Positions 40,942 through 59,364 of a DNA stretch of 64,000 nt are shown here, piece after piece. This DNA comes from the human T2T-CHM13v2.0 reference genome, Homo sapiens. The position numbers and the translations under genes are program-made. Below the pieces are notes generated by a model, which saw only the letters and a list, made by a program, of their open reading frames with translations, had not been told where the DNA came from and did no database searches. Positions within the stretch are counted from its first letter, which is position 1. The number at the start of each line of letters is the position of its first letter. The stretch lies in NCBI RefSeq assembly GCF_009914755.1, contig NC_060928.1. The stretch is one strand, 5' to 3'.

Positions 40942-42058
40942 GGCTTCTCCCCAGATTGAAGACCAAGGTGACTTAAGCATGTCTTCAAAATGAAAACATC
41001 ACATCAGATGCTCTGGGAATGCCTCCTCTCAGCAGCATTCTCTGCTTATTGTCAATAACCCACCCACAATTCTTGGGGCCAGGACTGCTGGGAAAAAGTC
41101 AACCACTCTGTTCCCTTACCTCTAGTAACATCAAATATCTGGTTTATGTCTCTTTTATTGTACAGCTGCAAAAGGCAGCATCATTGCTCTGGCATTCTGA
41201 CACTTGAGCAAAGTCCAAGATCAAATATAACCTGTGTGCCCAGAGGACCCACTTCTGCTCACTCAGACTATCCAGGAAATACTATGGTTTTTCCCCCATC
41301 CTGCAACTGGAGGGCCTCTGTGAACAACAAATAGTTTCTTTGTAGACAAGAGCCTGGTAGAAACAAGAATCTTTTGATAAATCTCTCAAAGACAACGAAA
41401 GTGCTCACAAGAGGACTCTGCAGAGGATCTCATTTTAAACATATGCTCTATAAAATGGAAGCCAAAAACCTAAGTGGGTGTATGCTTTAGGGGAACTATG
41501 GTAGTTTATACTTTGTTGCTTTAGAAGAGCTCATTCATTTCAATGCAAGTGCATAAAACTACATTTCCTGACTTCCTCAAGCTACCTTCAGCACATCTTT
41601 GGTGGCAAGGTGGCACAGAAGAAGAATCCTGTCTTTGGGAACCAAAGTCCCAAGTTCAAGGCCAAGTGCTTCATTCTAGCTACAAGACCAGAGCAGAATG
41701 GCTCAGTTGATTCATGTATACATAAGGGTAAAATTACTGCTCATTGCAAACTTGAATTAAATGAAAACTAAAATGACTCATAGTGAAACACCTGGCAGAA
41801 TGCCTGGTCTAAAGTGGCAATTCAATATGCAGTAATTGTCTTCTTAGTTACACTGATTATCACTGATTTTTTTAAAAACAGTTATAGGCAGTGAAGTCAA
41901 GATGACATCACAGGGTGACCAGCCAGTTGCGGGCCCTCATGGGGCATCTCCTTCTGGAAAGCATCACGATCCCGGCTCTGGTCATCAGTCTTTGAGGTTT
42001 AGAAACTGGTTCAGCACAGCCAGAGAATCCATCTCTTGCTGATACACTGGATGGATGG

Positions 42059-42853
<795 letters not shown>

Positions 42854-44455
42854 TAATTTGCAAATAAGCTTATCCTTTTACTGGGATGAGACAAAAGCAT
42901 CCCTTTCCTAAATATCAAGGATCAGCCATCAAAATCATCACATGGTCATGAGAACAAAGTACAGAAGGTCTCAAGCCAGATGTCGCCTAGACTACTGTCC
43001 TCCAATAATTACATTTGCATTTAATTTTTGTGTTTTCACTTAGATTATAGTCTTTAAAACATAAATGTATATTCTAGATTTGCACTACCACATGTGGATA
43101 CTAACATTTTAAATTCATATTAATTAAAATTATTAATAAAGTTTAAATTCTAGTTCTATCCCATTGGCCACAGTACAAGGGCTCAACAGCCACATGTGGC
43201 TGGTGGCTGCTGCACCCCTCAGTGCAGAAAGTTCTATCAGACAGGGCTGTTCTCAGTCATCTGGATTGTTTGGACAACACGTGTTGCCATAAGATTTCAG
43301 ACCTCCAATTAGGATTTGTGTTTACTGACAAATTAGAGCTCAATAATACCACTTTGACAAAGAACTTAAAGAGAACCAAGTATCTAATCAGCATAATACA
43401 TTCCCTTCAGCAGCCATATTAAAAGGTGCCATAGTACCATATTGGTGGGAGAACAGGGGTGACACCAGGTAGGGGAAGGGACATGGTAAAGTATCTGCAA
43501 CCACTGCAGTAGGAGCAGCAGCAAAGGTATCATCTGTGGCTTCTCAAGCCACCCGAGCCTGACAGCGAAATAGAGTCCACAATAACAGTGAGAAAACAGG
43601 ACTGTCAGGCTCTGCGGGAGCCCCTGCCTTCTAAATTCCTTCCAACTCATTCAGAAAGTCACAGAGTGTCTCCTGTGTGCCTGAAAACATACAGGCTGTT
43701 GTTTGGAAAGCAAGTCCTCTTGGCTGTGGGACAGAGCCTGTCATGCTGTCTTCCCCTGCTGCACCCGCTCAGGTGACACCCTCTGCCACTTCCTGCTCCA
43801 GGTGATGGATCCCCTGGCTCACACTCAGGCCCCTGTGCCTAACCCCAGCCTGGAGAAGCCAGATTGCTGCCTCCTAAGGTAGAAGAAATACCTACTATCT
43901 GTATGGCTTTGTCTCATTAAGCAACATCTTTCAGGCATTTCAGCAACAAGTAATTTTACTTTATTTTTAATTGTTGTATCTTTCTCTTTTCAGACACCAT
44001 CATAAGAGCCCAGCAAGAAACAGGGCAAGAAGACTAACCAAGTGCTAAGTACCATGCTACACTCACCCATCCACTCCACACCTAAAGTCCTTGAAAATTA
44101 ATGAGCATCTTCATTTTCTTTTCCATTGAGGTACATTCCTTCAGGCTGAGTTGGGGAAAAATATAAATAGAAACAAACTAAGAATCCAAGATTCCCTCCA
44201 TATAGAACTGTTAAATATACATTTATACAAGAAGGAAAGAAAACAAATTAGCTGTGGTTATATCTTGGGCAGTGGGGTTCAATTGTTTGACAAGTATTTA
44301 TTGAGTGCTTTCTAGGTGCCAAGTACAATTTAAGTTATTGAAGATATGGCAGTGAAACACAACAGAGCAACATGTCTAACTTTATGGAATTCAGCGGGGA
44401 GAGACAAGCAGCAAAATACATAGTTAGTGTATCAGATTGTTCCATGTACCACGGT

Positions 44456-45086
44456 TGAGGCAGAAGAATAGGGTCTGGAGGCAGGGAACCTAAGGCTGAT
44501 TCACACTGACTTCCTAGAACTAAATTGAAAGGAAAACACCAACTTTTCACACCTAAGTAACAAAAGGACCAGAGGCTACTCCCTGTGCAACTCCCTCCCT
44601 CCCCTTTTACTGCATGGCAGATGGAAAATTGAAAGTCCCTCTGATTGGTTGCTTTCCACAACCAGTCAGACAAATTGTGTGCCAAGTCTTCATTTGCATA
44701 GGCGTGTAACTTTATAACTTCAATTTATCCTCTAATTGGCAATTAGACATTTGCATGGGTATAACTTTGTAACTTCAGCCTCTGATTGGTTGCTTTCCAC
44801 AATCAATCAGACTGATCTCAGGCCACTACTTAATTTGCATGGGGTGTACATCAAGTGGCCAATGGAAAACTTCTAGAGAATATTTGGACCTCAGAAGACC
44901 CTGTAACCAGGGCCCTTGAGCTGTTGATCAGCCCACTCCTACCCTATGGAGTATACTTTCATTTTCAGTAAATCTCTGCTTTCATTGCTTCATTCTCTCC
45001 TTGCTTTCCTGTGCATTTTGTCCAATTCATTGTTCAAAACACCAAGAACCTGGACAACTTGTAGTCAAGACACTCCACCAATATCA
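44456..45086 (+). mobile_element. ERV1 solo LTR (MER51A-like)
   Basis: Starts tgaggcagaagaatagggtctggaggcagggaacctaagg; repeated ctgattggttgctttcc and atttgcat units; ends ...caagaacctggacaac...atatca (TG...CA termini). Confidence 0.85.
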
Positions 45087-45654
45087 TGGAGAAACATGAA
45101 GCTGAGATGGAAGCTGGGGCCAGATGTGAAGGTGGAGGGGAAAGGTGAGTGCTATTGCAAACAACATTCAGCAAGGACCCCGCTGACAAGAGAGCATTTG
45201 CGCATAGGGCTGAAAAAGGTAAGGGAGCATCCCCAGACCAGTGGAGATTGTAAAATTCCTTCTTGGCCCTCTCTCCTTAAAATCCTCTAGAATCACTTTT
45301 GACTTTCAAGTATCACCACCTCCCAAGATTTTGTTGAGCTTGTTTTCAGGAATTTCCATTAACAAAACAGTGTCCTGAGTTGTTTTGTTTTGTTTTTGTA
45401 GCACTCCAAATTTGGTACATTCTTTCACATGAACCAGTGACTTCCTAGAAATGCTGATAGCCTCTCTGTCCCGCAAATAGCTGTCTTATCAAAAGCAATA
45501 TTCATGGCAGGTTATATTTTTCCAAAGCCCTCTTCAGGCTTCTGTCTTTTTGAAACATCTGATGTTTCACATTCTATCTCACTCATAGACTTGCTTACCT
45601 ATGTAAAATCTTATTAGGGAGAGTCAGCATCAGTCAGAAAAATACACTCCAGGT

Positions 45655-47909
<2,255 letters not shown>

Positions 47910-48065
47910 AGAAAAATACACTCCAGGTATTTCACATAAAAAGGGAGATAGATGCTAACAAAATCCTTAGAAGAGACGAGGAGGAAAGAACTAGAGAGAG
48001 CTCCCTCCAGCTCTCAGATTCTCCCCAGCTTTTGGAGGACCTGGAAGTTGAAAAAGTCACAGAAC

Positions 48066-50615
<2,550 letters not shown>

Positions 50616-50789
50616 AAGAAGTCTCAGAACAATCACTGATAGAACAACTGCCAGCAGCAAGAGACAGGTCATTCGAGGTTAACACCTGCAGGCCACTGCA
50701 GAGGCTCACAAGCAAAGGCCAAAACCCATGCATCTGCCCACAACTGCCAGAGGAGCAATAATATTGATTTTGCTTCTGCTCTTCTTCTT

Positions 50790-51040
50790 TTTTTGGACTA
50801 TTTTATAAAACTACTTTTAATTGAACATATTCATGGGGTACATAGTAATGTTTCTATATGTATAACGTAGAGCAACCAAATCAGGGTCATTAGCACATTC
50901 ATCATCTCAAATCTTCCTTGCAGCTATTTGAAACTATATATTTTTGTTAACTATAGTCATCCTACAGTGGTATGGAACACTAGGACTTATTCCTCCCATC
51001 TAGCTGTAATATTGTATCCTTCCACAGACCTTTTCCCACC
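50790..51040 (-). mobile_element. L1MA-type 3' end
   Basis: tattcatggggtacatagtaatgttt...aaatcagggtcattagcaca...gttaactatagtcatcctacagtgg. Confidence 0.8.
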
Positions 51041-53004
51041 CTGAACCCATCTGATCTCATCTGCCCACTTTCTAATCACACCTTAGTGCCCTTCATGGAT
51101 TAATTCTAATCTGAAATCTTGCTGCAAGAAATTCTGGAAAATATCATCCCCAGGCTTCAGCCCCTGTGATTTAGGGAAGAGCATGGAGTCTATCCCAGAT
51201 GAATGGGAATGGTGCTGACATTGGTAATCGACTCTCCTGCACAGTCAATTGCACAGTCCCTGCAATTTTCAATTGAAAATGTTGCATATGGAAAGTAAAG
51301 TTCCTTCCCTATTATCACAGCTCAGGGTAAGCCCAAAAGCTCAGTTTCCACCCAAAGTTGAGAAATATAGCTTTTATCACCTAGGTATCCCCAGGTCCCC
51401 TGAATGTTACAGTTGTCCTGAGGAAATAGCAGGTAGAATTCTCCCAGTTGTAGAACTCTACTCCCTGAAGGACTGGACAGCTGGTGGGCTATTGATACAA
51501 CATTGCTCACCTCAGACAAAGTGGTTGACCAGCACTGGAACCAATACACCTGGCTTTCAGGATCTTTTCCCACTTTTCCTCTCTTCCTTGCTGCTCAATC
51601 ATGCCAACTCATCCCATCTGAACTCCAACACAGAATACCCTGGAGCTTAATATCCTTCCCAAGGACCCTAATGTGCCATCAAAAAGAGCCTCAATGGAGC
51701 ATTAAAATAGACCCCCTAATTAAGAGCAATGGAAGCCGACTCTTTTCTCTTTGAAGGCCCCCTCTGCACAAAATATTGTCTCATTTCTATTTTCCTGGGG
51801 AGAAGTTTTTTATCAGTCCTGGGAAAGATTAGTCCCCACTTTAGAATGGCCTAAAATATTGCTTATTTTAATTCCAAAAAGAAAGGCCAAAAAGTTGAGT
51901 GTTCACATAATTCTGTAAAGGTATTAAGCCATGGTGCATGTGCTGCTACTGAAGAATTCCCAGGCACTGAGACCGAGGCCAAGAACAAGCAACTGTGGAT
52001 TTGACATCTCTCTGGATTAGTGCTCTCCTGAGTTCTGATTGATAAAATTCGTGACAGTCATTCAGGAATGCACATTCACAGAAGGGCAGCCATGATCAAA
52101 TCATATCATGTGCAAATTATATTTTACAGAAAACAGAATTGTCTTTATTTATTCCAAGTAAATTGACAACTTTCCTATCAGTAGGCTGTGCAGATGAAGT
52201 GAACCCAAAGGCCAAACGCATTTATATTGCAGAGGGAGTATTCAAAGCACACTTGTATAGATGAAAAAATATGTTACTGTGTGAAAACCAAGTACTCTGT
52301 AATCTACTAGGAGACCCATAATACAGCCCTTACTCCTAAGAACACTTTTGTTGACTTTTCTGAAACAGATCCCTTGAGAATCTGGGGAATGGTGGACCCC
52401 ACAGAAATCTGTTTGCTAGAGCTTTATCTGCTCCATGTGCTTCCCAACCCCCTTCTCCTGGTGCCTTTAGAGAACTCTTCCCCAACTCTATGTGTTCTGT
52501 AGGAATGTCAATATCAATGTTTAGAGGAAGGGTGCAAAGATGACTCAGGCTGATCAAGCAGAATGGCTCAACACCCTAGACCCAGTGAGTGGTGATGGCC
52601 ATCTATATGACCCATGTGGGGACTGAGAGTCATCTTACCAGTGGGTAGTACCAAGCTGGGAGGTGTGAGTGTATGGAGTCATCCTTGTGGCTTTTTTGTT
52701 CACAAAGTGAAAAGATCCCCAAATCAGAATGAAGTCAGGGGCAAACTGAGTTGCAAGGTAGACAAAAACAGAAACAGCACAATTAGATTCAGCCACGCTG
52801 GAAGTTGTTACGGAGTGGGGTATGAGCTCCAGGAAAATAAGCCAATAAATTACTTTTATGTTCAAGATTTGTCTTATCCAGCCAAGAAAGTCCAGAATTA
52901 AACAGATCCCCTCTCTAAAGAAAATGCATATAACTACCCATGCATAAAATAATTTATATAATTCCAAGAGCTTAATGCATATAATATCAAAGCTTAAAGC
53001 CCTT

Positions 53005-53319
53005 TTGTTGTTGTTGTTGTTGTTGTTGAGACGGAGTTTCACTCTTATTGGCCAGGCTGGAGTGCAAATGGCACGATCTGGGCTCACTGCAACCTCCACC
53101 TCCCGGGTTCAAGTGATTCTCCTGCCTCAGCCTCCTAAGTAGCTGGGATTACAGGCACCTGACACCATACCCGGCTAATTATTTTTTTTTTTGTATTTTT
53201 AGTAGAGAAGGGGTTGCACCACATTGGCCAGGCTTGTCTCAAACTCCTGACCTCAGGTGATCCACCTTCCTCGGCCTCCCAAAGTGCTGGGATTACAGGC
53301 ATGAGCCACCGCACCCAGC
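53005..53319 (-). mobile_element. AluSq/Sp-like with (TTG)n tail
   Basis: gagacggagtttcactctt diagnostic. TSD ttaaagccctt 52994-53004 / 53323-53333. Confidence 0.96.
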
Positions 53320-55339
53320 AGATTAAAGCCCTTCTAAGGACTTCAGGTTAAGAGCCCCTGCTCATTGAGTTTACTAGGTGGCCTTAGGGTTGATTTTACC
53401 ATCGAAACCTTCTTCTTCCTACGCTACAAGGTTCTTTTACATGTAAAAATGTTAGACCCTTGGAAGGTAAACACCACAGACCATTAATAATCAGTAACAA
53501 CCATTAACAAACAGTCCAAGGATAATAATTATGATTCCGAACAACCTGCATAGAGTTGTTTGGCCACAAAGTGATGAACAAGTGACATTTGGCTCTTACG
53601 ATTTGAGTTCGAGCAAGTTATTTTTCCCATCTGAGAAATTTCCCTATTTATATAATAAAAAGTTTTGACAGATTTCTAAGGGTCCTTTCACTAATGGATC
53701 TGTTAAATTAACCACAAGTGCTTCTCCCGTTTTCAACTGTAATACAATTTAAAGCCGAGTTAACAAATGAAATATTTTTTCCATGAGCACAGCACTTTTC
53801 CCATCCCCCATCTGTGAGTCCCAGTGTTATAAAGACTAGCTTTGGTTTCTTATTCACCCAAGGAGTTTGTTAGAATAGTATGCAGAGGAGCCTGGCAGAA
53901 TAATAAGTGTATCACATTACCCTTTAGTGGCTGTTCTTTTATTTATTCCAGGAAGACTCCAATCTCAATTCAATCTTCTAATTCAGCAATCTCCCTAGGA
54001 GCATTTGGAAATGAATGTGTTAATATGTATATGTAAACCTATTAAAAAGCAAAGCAAAGAATTTTAAGATGAAATGCCAGAATATGTTGGAATATTCTCA
54101 TTGGAAAAATAAAATTTAGATTTTGCTATTTAAAACATGGAAGTACCTTTGTGCTAGATTCAGCTCAAGAGAAAAATTAGTGAATGAATAACTAGCTGAA
54201 ATATAGTATTTTTATTTTCAAAATCATGGAGTAGGATCCCAGTCTGTATGCCCACCCTGAGATTTATTCATAGCTGGCAATGATGGAGGAAGAGTGTGGA
54301 CCCAACAGGATATCATTTAATACGGGAGAAAATAAGAGTATCCTAGTAGGGAAAAATTCACCCTAGGGACTGTACACTCCTTTCTACAACTTTGGCCAGA
54401 GAGCAATGTGTTCGCATCAGTAGGGTGGGTCTAAGGGCCACTCGTTACAAGACAGCCCCTAGTCCTGTACACAGGGCTCAGGCCTGATTTGTGGTAAAGC
54501 AGATGCTGTAAAAGAGCAATACAAGTTAAAAGAATAACACAAGTTAAGTGCAAGGTGTCTGAAACCTTGAAGCCAAAGGCCTAGGCAGCAGTTGGACATG
54601 ATGTGTTTGTGACCAGTCTCTGCAGCCTTGATGCAGGCACTGGTGGTATTAGCAGCTGTTGTGAAAGCTTGGGCAGAAGACATGCTGCCTCAGAAATCAA
54701 GAGTGATAGAGGAACAAGCTGAAGGCAACAATTCCAAGAGAACAGGTTCTAGAGCATACAAGATGAACCTGCTTCTCAGTATTCTCAGAACTATTTGGAA
54801 AACTTGGAAGGATACCTGAGAAAGTCTGGAGTTTTCCCCTGGTAAAGAAGACAAAGCTGCTTTACTTTTCATATTCCATGGCATTTTATGCAGAGAGCCA
54901 CCCTGTTTTCCCTCAAAATGGTACAGCCTGGAGAGTTGAAGTGCCAGTAAGGAAAGCCAAGTAGAGCTTAGCACAACAGTGGTCGGAAGATAATTAGAAC
55001 ATGGAAATCTTTGTTTGGGTTCTAGCATTTCAGGCCCACTGTCCAAATTGACATTAAATATTCAAACTGAGACCAGCTGCCAGATTTCTAAATTTCCCTC
55101 CTCTCTGGATTCCCTACTTCTACACAGATGCTACAGTTTGTACGGATGCCTTTTTACAGAAACACCTGGTGACTGTCAAGGTGTTGAAATGAGATTGCAG
55201 ACACACATCGATGTAAATGATACTTTATAACCTTGGGCTTGAAATGAGGGAAGGGTGGGTAGGTCAGTTTGTTGGTTAATTAATACTCTCCAAGTCATGG
55301 TTATCATTGTTACGTGGTCTATAATTCGAGAATCTGTAC

Positions 55340-55950
55340 TTTATACAACTCAACAACAACAATAAAAAAAACAGCTGAAAAATAGGCAAAGAATGGAATG
55401 GACATTTCTCCAGAGAAGACATACAAATGGCCAATAAGCACAAGAAAAGACGTTCAACATCACTAATCATTAGGTAAACACAAAACAAAACCACAATGAG
55501 ATTATACCGCATAGCAGATGAATAGATCAGCAACATACAGTATATACATACAATGGAATATTGTTTGGCCATAAAAAGGAATGGAAGTCTGACATGTGTT
55601 GCAGTGTGGATGAACCTTGAAAACATTATGCTAAGTGAAATACACCAGACCCAAAAGGACAAATCTTATATAGTTCTACTAACTTTGAGGTACCTAGAGT
55701 AGTCAAATTCATAGAGACAGAAAGGATGGTGCCGAATGGTGGTTGCCAGAAGCTGAAGGGAAGGAAATGGAAAACTAGTGTATAATGGGGACAGAGTTTC
55801 AGTTTGGGAAACTGAAAAAGTTCTGCAGATAAATGGTGGTGATGGTTGAACAACAGTGGATGTGAATATACTTAATGCCACTGAACTGCATAATTAAAAA
55901 TAGTTAAAACAGTAAATTTTATGTTATGTATATACCAAAATGTTTAAAAT
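55340..55950 (+). mobile_element. L1MB-type 3' end with internal deletion
   Basis: gacatttctccagagaagacatacaaatggcc ... ggatgaaccttgaaaacattatgctaagtgaaa ... cttaatgccactgaactg. Confidence 0.85.
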
Positions 55951-57695
55951 GTACTTCCCTTCCTTTTGACATGTCTTTGAACAATGATCATGCATGTTGG
56001 TTGAGTCTTTGACTTTTGCTGGCCCTATGCCATTTGTTGAGATGGATGCCCTGTCACCAAGATGTGGCTTAAATCACACTGATGAATAAAGTTTACACTT
56101 GGAAGGCTCTCATTTGCAGATGTGACTAAGCGGATTCACATGATCCTGTGCAACCTAGGCTACCACCAAGTGGCAGAGAACAGGAAGAGACAAAGAAAAA
56201 TTAGACAACAATGTCAAAATGTTAAGCCCCTGCTGTCTTGAGTGGCTGGAGGCACCATTAGAGACTTGGAGCCTACTCCAGGGGCCAGGTATTTTGTCAA
56301 CAAACTTCTTATCCTGTTCAGTTATCTCTCATAGATGCTGGCTTCATATATGCAGCACATGTGGTTTACAAGAAAGAGAAGCAACAGCAAAAACTCCTCA
56401 CATCACTCCATATGTTTATGAAGCCCTTGTTTATGAATCCCTCGAAAGGAAAGGAAGTCTATAATATGTCTTCCTTGAAAATTCTTTCCAGGCCTCCTCC
56501 AACCTTAGCACTATATAGAGATGCCAAGCTTGTAACCGAAACACCTCCTGTTTTCAATATCTAAACTTATGTTTCTGGAGGTGAAGTAAAGCTTTTGTGG
56601 GTAGTAAATTCTAAAATGTCTCACCTTTTTATAAAAGGAACATTCAATGGCATGGTGGACACTGTCAACACTCCTATGGAATATGAAAAATGTTATCTGG
56701 TTCTTGTTCCAATATCTACTCTTTTCCTATTGGAGACTTACCTAAGTGACACCACAAGACCATTTTCTTTTAGAGTCTATCCTCTTTACAGTGGCCAAGT
56801 TGGAAATTAAAAGATCTTTCAATAATAATAATATATCATATTTCCTGTCATGTAGAAACAACATGCCATACTTCCTATCATGTTGAAAAATTCAGGTACC
56901 ATGGCAAAGCCAGTAAGGAGCTATTTTATCAGCCTGAACCATAAAGTTCTTCCTCCCTGTAGGTAACTCTACTGTTTAAGTCAATATACCTGGCTATCAG
57001 ATGTCTGTGGCTGCCTAAGCCCTTATCCAATGCCCTCTCCCATTAAAATGTCCAAAAATTGAAAAGCAGGCAGAAGAGTTATGTGGGATAAATTTTCCAA
57101 CATGATTAATTGTGGATTGATGAAGGCAACTGGTCAAAATGCTGCATTCGATTCCGTGTTCCATGATTTGAAGGGATAGTGAACAACATCCCACCACTCT
57201 GTGTCAGACACAAAAGTGAGCATAGAAACTAATCTCTTTGGTCTACTACAAGTCAAAAGACAGGCTGGGAAACTTGCAGGCCCACAGAGGTGGAGGAGAG
57301 GAGAAAGGAGGGGAGGGAAAGGGAAGAGAGGGGAAGAGAGGGGAAGAGGTGGAGAGGAAGAAAGGAAACACGCGTGAGCAATGACCTTTGGTATAGTCAG
57401 CCCAACAATTATTAATTTGGGATAATAGTCTATTTTTAAAACATAATTCCATTGAGTCAAGCAGCAGGCTATGAGGTGTAGACCCATTTGACTATGTATT
57501 ATTTCCTAGTGTGGCAGCCAATATTGGTTGGGTGACTCAAATATTATTTCCAGCCCTTAATGTCTTACCTACATTTTCAAAATTGCTCTAAAAGCTAAAA
57601 CTTGATCTCCCAGCCTGCCATGCAACTAGGGGTGGCCTCGTGGCAGCACACCTCCAGACAGTGAGATATGGAAAATAGTCCCTGAGGAGAGTGTC

Positions 57696-58627
57696 TGTGG
57701 CAGGCAGAATAATGACTCGCAATGTTGTTCACATTCTAATCCCCGGAACGTGTGAATATGTTACCTTCCTTGGCAAAAGGGACTTTGCAGCTGGAATTAA
57801 GGTAAGGATCTTTCAATGGTAAGTGATATGGTTTGGATGTTTTATTTCCTTCGAATCTTATCTTTAAATGCAACCTCCAGTGTTGGAGGTGGGGCCCAGT
57901 GGGAGGTGTCTGGGTCATAGGAATGGATCCCTCATGAATGGCTTGGTGCTGTCCTTGCAGTAATGAGTGAGTTTTCTATGAGTTCACGTGGGATCTGGTT
58001 GTTTAAAAGAGTCTGGCACCTCCTCCCTTTCTCTCTTGCTCCCTCTGTCACCATGTGACACAGTAGCACCCCCTTTGCCTTCTGCCATGATTGGAAGCTT
58101 CCTGAGGCCTCACCAGAAGCCAAGTAGACGCTGGTGCCATATTTGCACATCCTGCAGAACCATGAGCCAAATAAACCTCTTTTCTTTATAAATTACCCAG
58201 TCTCAGGGAATCCTTTTTAGCAATGCAAATGGACTAACGCAGGGGGATTATCCTGGATTATCCAGGTGGGCCCAATGTAATCACAAAGGTCTTCATAAGT
58301 GGAAAAGGGAAGCAGAAGAGTCAGAGGAAGAGAAGTGACAACAAAAGCAGAGTCGGAGTGCTGTGATGTGAGAAAGACTCAACTGTCCATTGATGGCTTT
58401 CAAGACAAAAAAGGTCCACAAGCCAACAAATAAGGGTGGCTTCTAGAGCTGGAAAAGGCAAGGAACCAGATTCTCCCCTAATGACTCCAGAAGGAGCCCA
58501 TCCCTCCTAACAAAGGACTTCCTGTCTCCAGAACAGTAAGATAACAAATTTGCATTGTTTTTAGCCACTGTTGTTTTGCGTTAAGATTTGTGATAATTCA
58601 GTACAGCAGCAATAGGAAACGAATACA
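57696..58627 (+). mobile_element. MLT1C/D-type LTR, interrupted by an MST LTR
   Basis: tgtggcaggcagaataatg ... cagcagcaataggaaacgaataca. Perfect 5-bp TSD GTGTC 57691-57695 / 58628-58632. Confidence 0.88.
57824..58241 (+). mobile_element. MSTB/MSTA-type LTR nested in MLT1
   Basis: tgatatggtttggatgt ... aataaacctcttttctttataaattacccagtctcagg ... ggactaacgca. Confidence 0.88.
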
Positions 58628-58893
58628 GTGTCTTTTACCAAATAAACACACTTCACCCTTTTCCTCCTCCCTTGTTGCTCCATGGCATGCAGACATGGAG
58701 TGGATGGCAGCCACCTCGCAATCTGGAAGCCATTTGAATGAGGATGAAGCCTTTGTGCTTGGGACATCAGAGCAGAAAAAAAGAGTCTTGGTTCCTGATG
58801 AGCCACCAGCCCTCAGATGCTCATCCCTGAACTTCCTGTCACACAAAACAAAGGAAATGTGTTGTGTTTAAGTCACTATACTAGGATTTTGTG

Positions 58894-59364
58894 TAGTAGT
58901 GTGTCAGAGCTGACTCTCATCAACTTGTGAAAGGTAATTGTTAAATTTTTCAGAACTTTATAGTCAATTGTTAACACAGACATTATTAAAAATTAAGTTG
59001 TGGAATCTTACAATTAAATTATATTTAAAATGAAGGTTGTAAATACTCAAAAACTCATTGCTTCCTAAATATTTCACAAAATGTACTATTATCTATAACT
59101 GTGCTCTAGTCTGTTCTCTCTGCTCTTGGGTTTATGTGCATCTATTGTGTATGAATGGTGGAGATATCATATATCTTCATTGCTATATACCATATACTAG
59201 ATACCATATATCTTCCCAACTCTGCATTCAGTGACACCACATTGGTAGCTTGAAATCAGCCTTGGTGGGAGTATTTACTTTACAGAAATCAGTAAACACT
59301 AAAAATCACGGATTTATTTTTCCCCCAGAGAGTCCATTATTAAACACTTACTGGCCTGCCACTG
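58894..59364. mobile_element. MER63-like hAT element
   Basis: ggtagcttgaaatcagcc..ggtgggagtatttac..cagaaatcagtaaacacta..; ends ...gcctgccactg. Confidence 0.65.

Noticed and set aside
51250-57590. Largely unique stretches as possible exons of a neighbouring gene or lncRNA
   Set aside because: No recognisable coding sequence or convincing exon structure by eye; needs RNA data.
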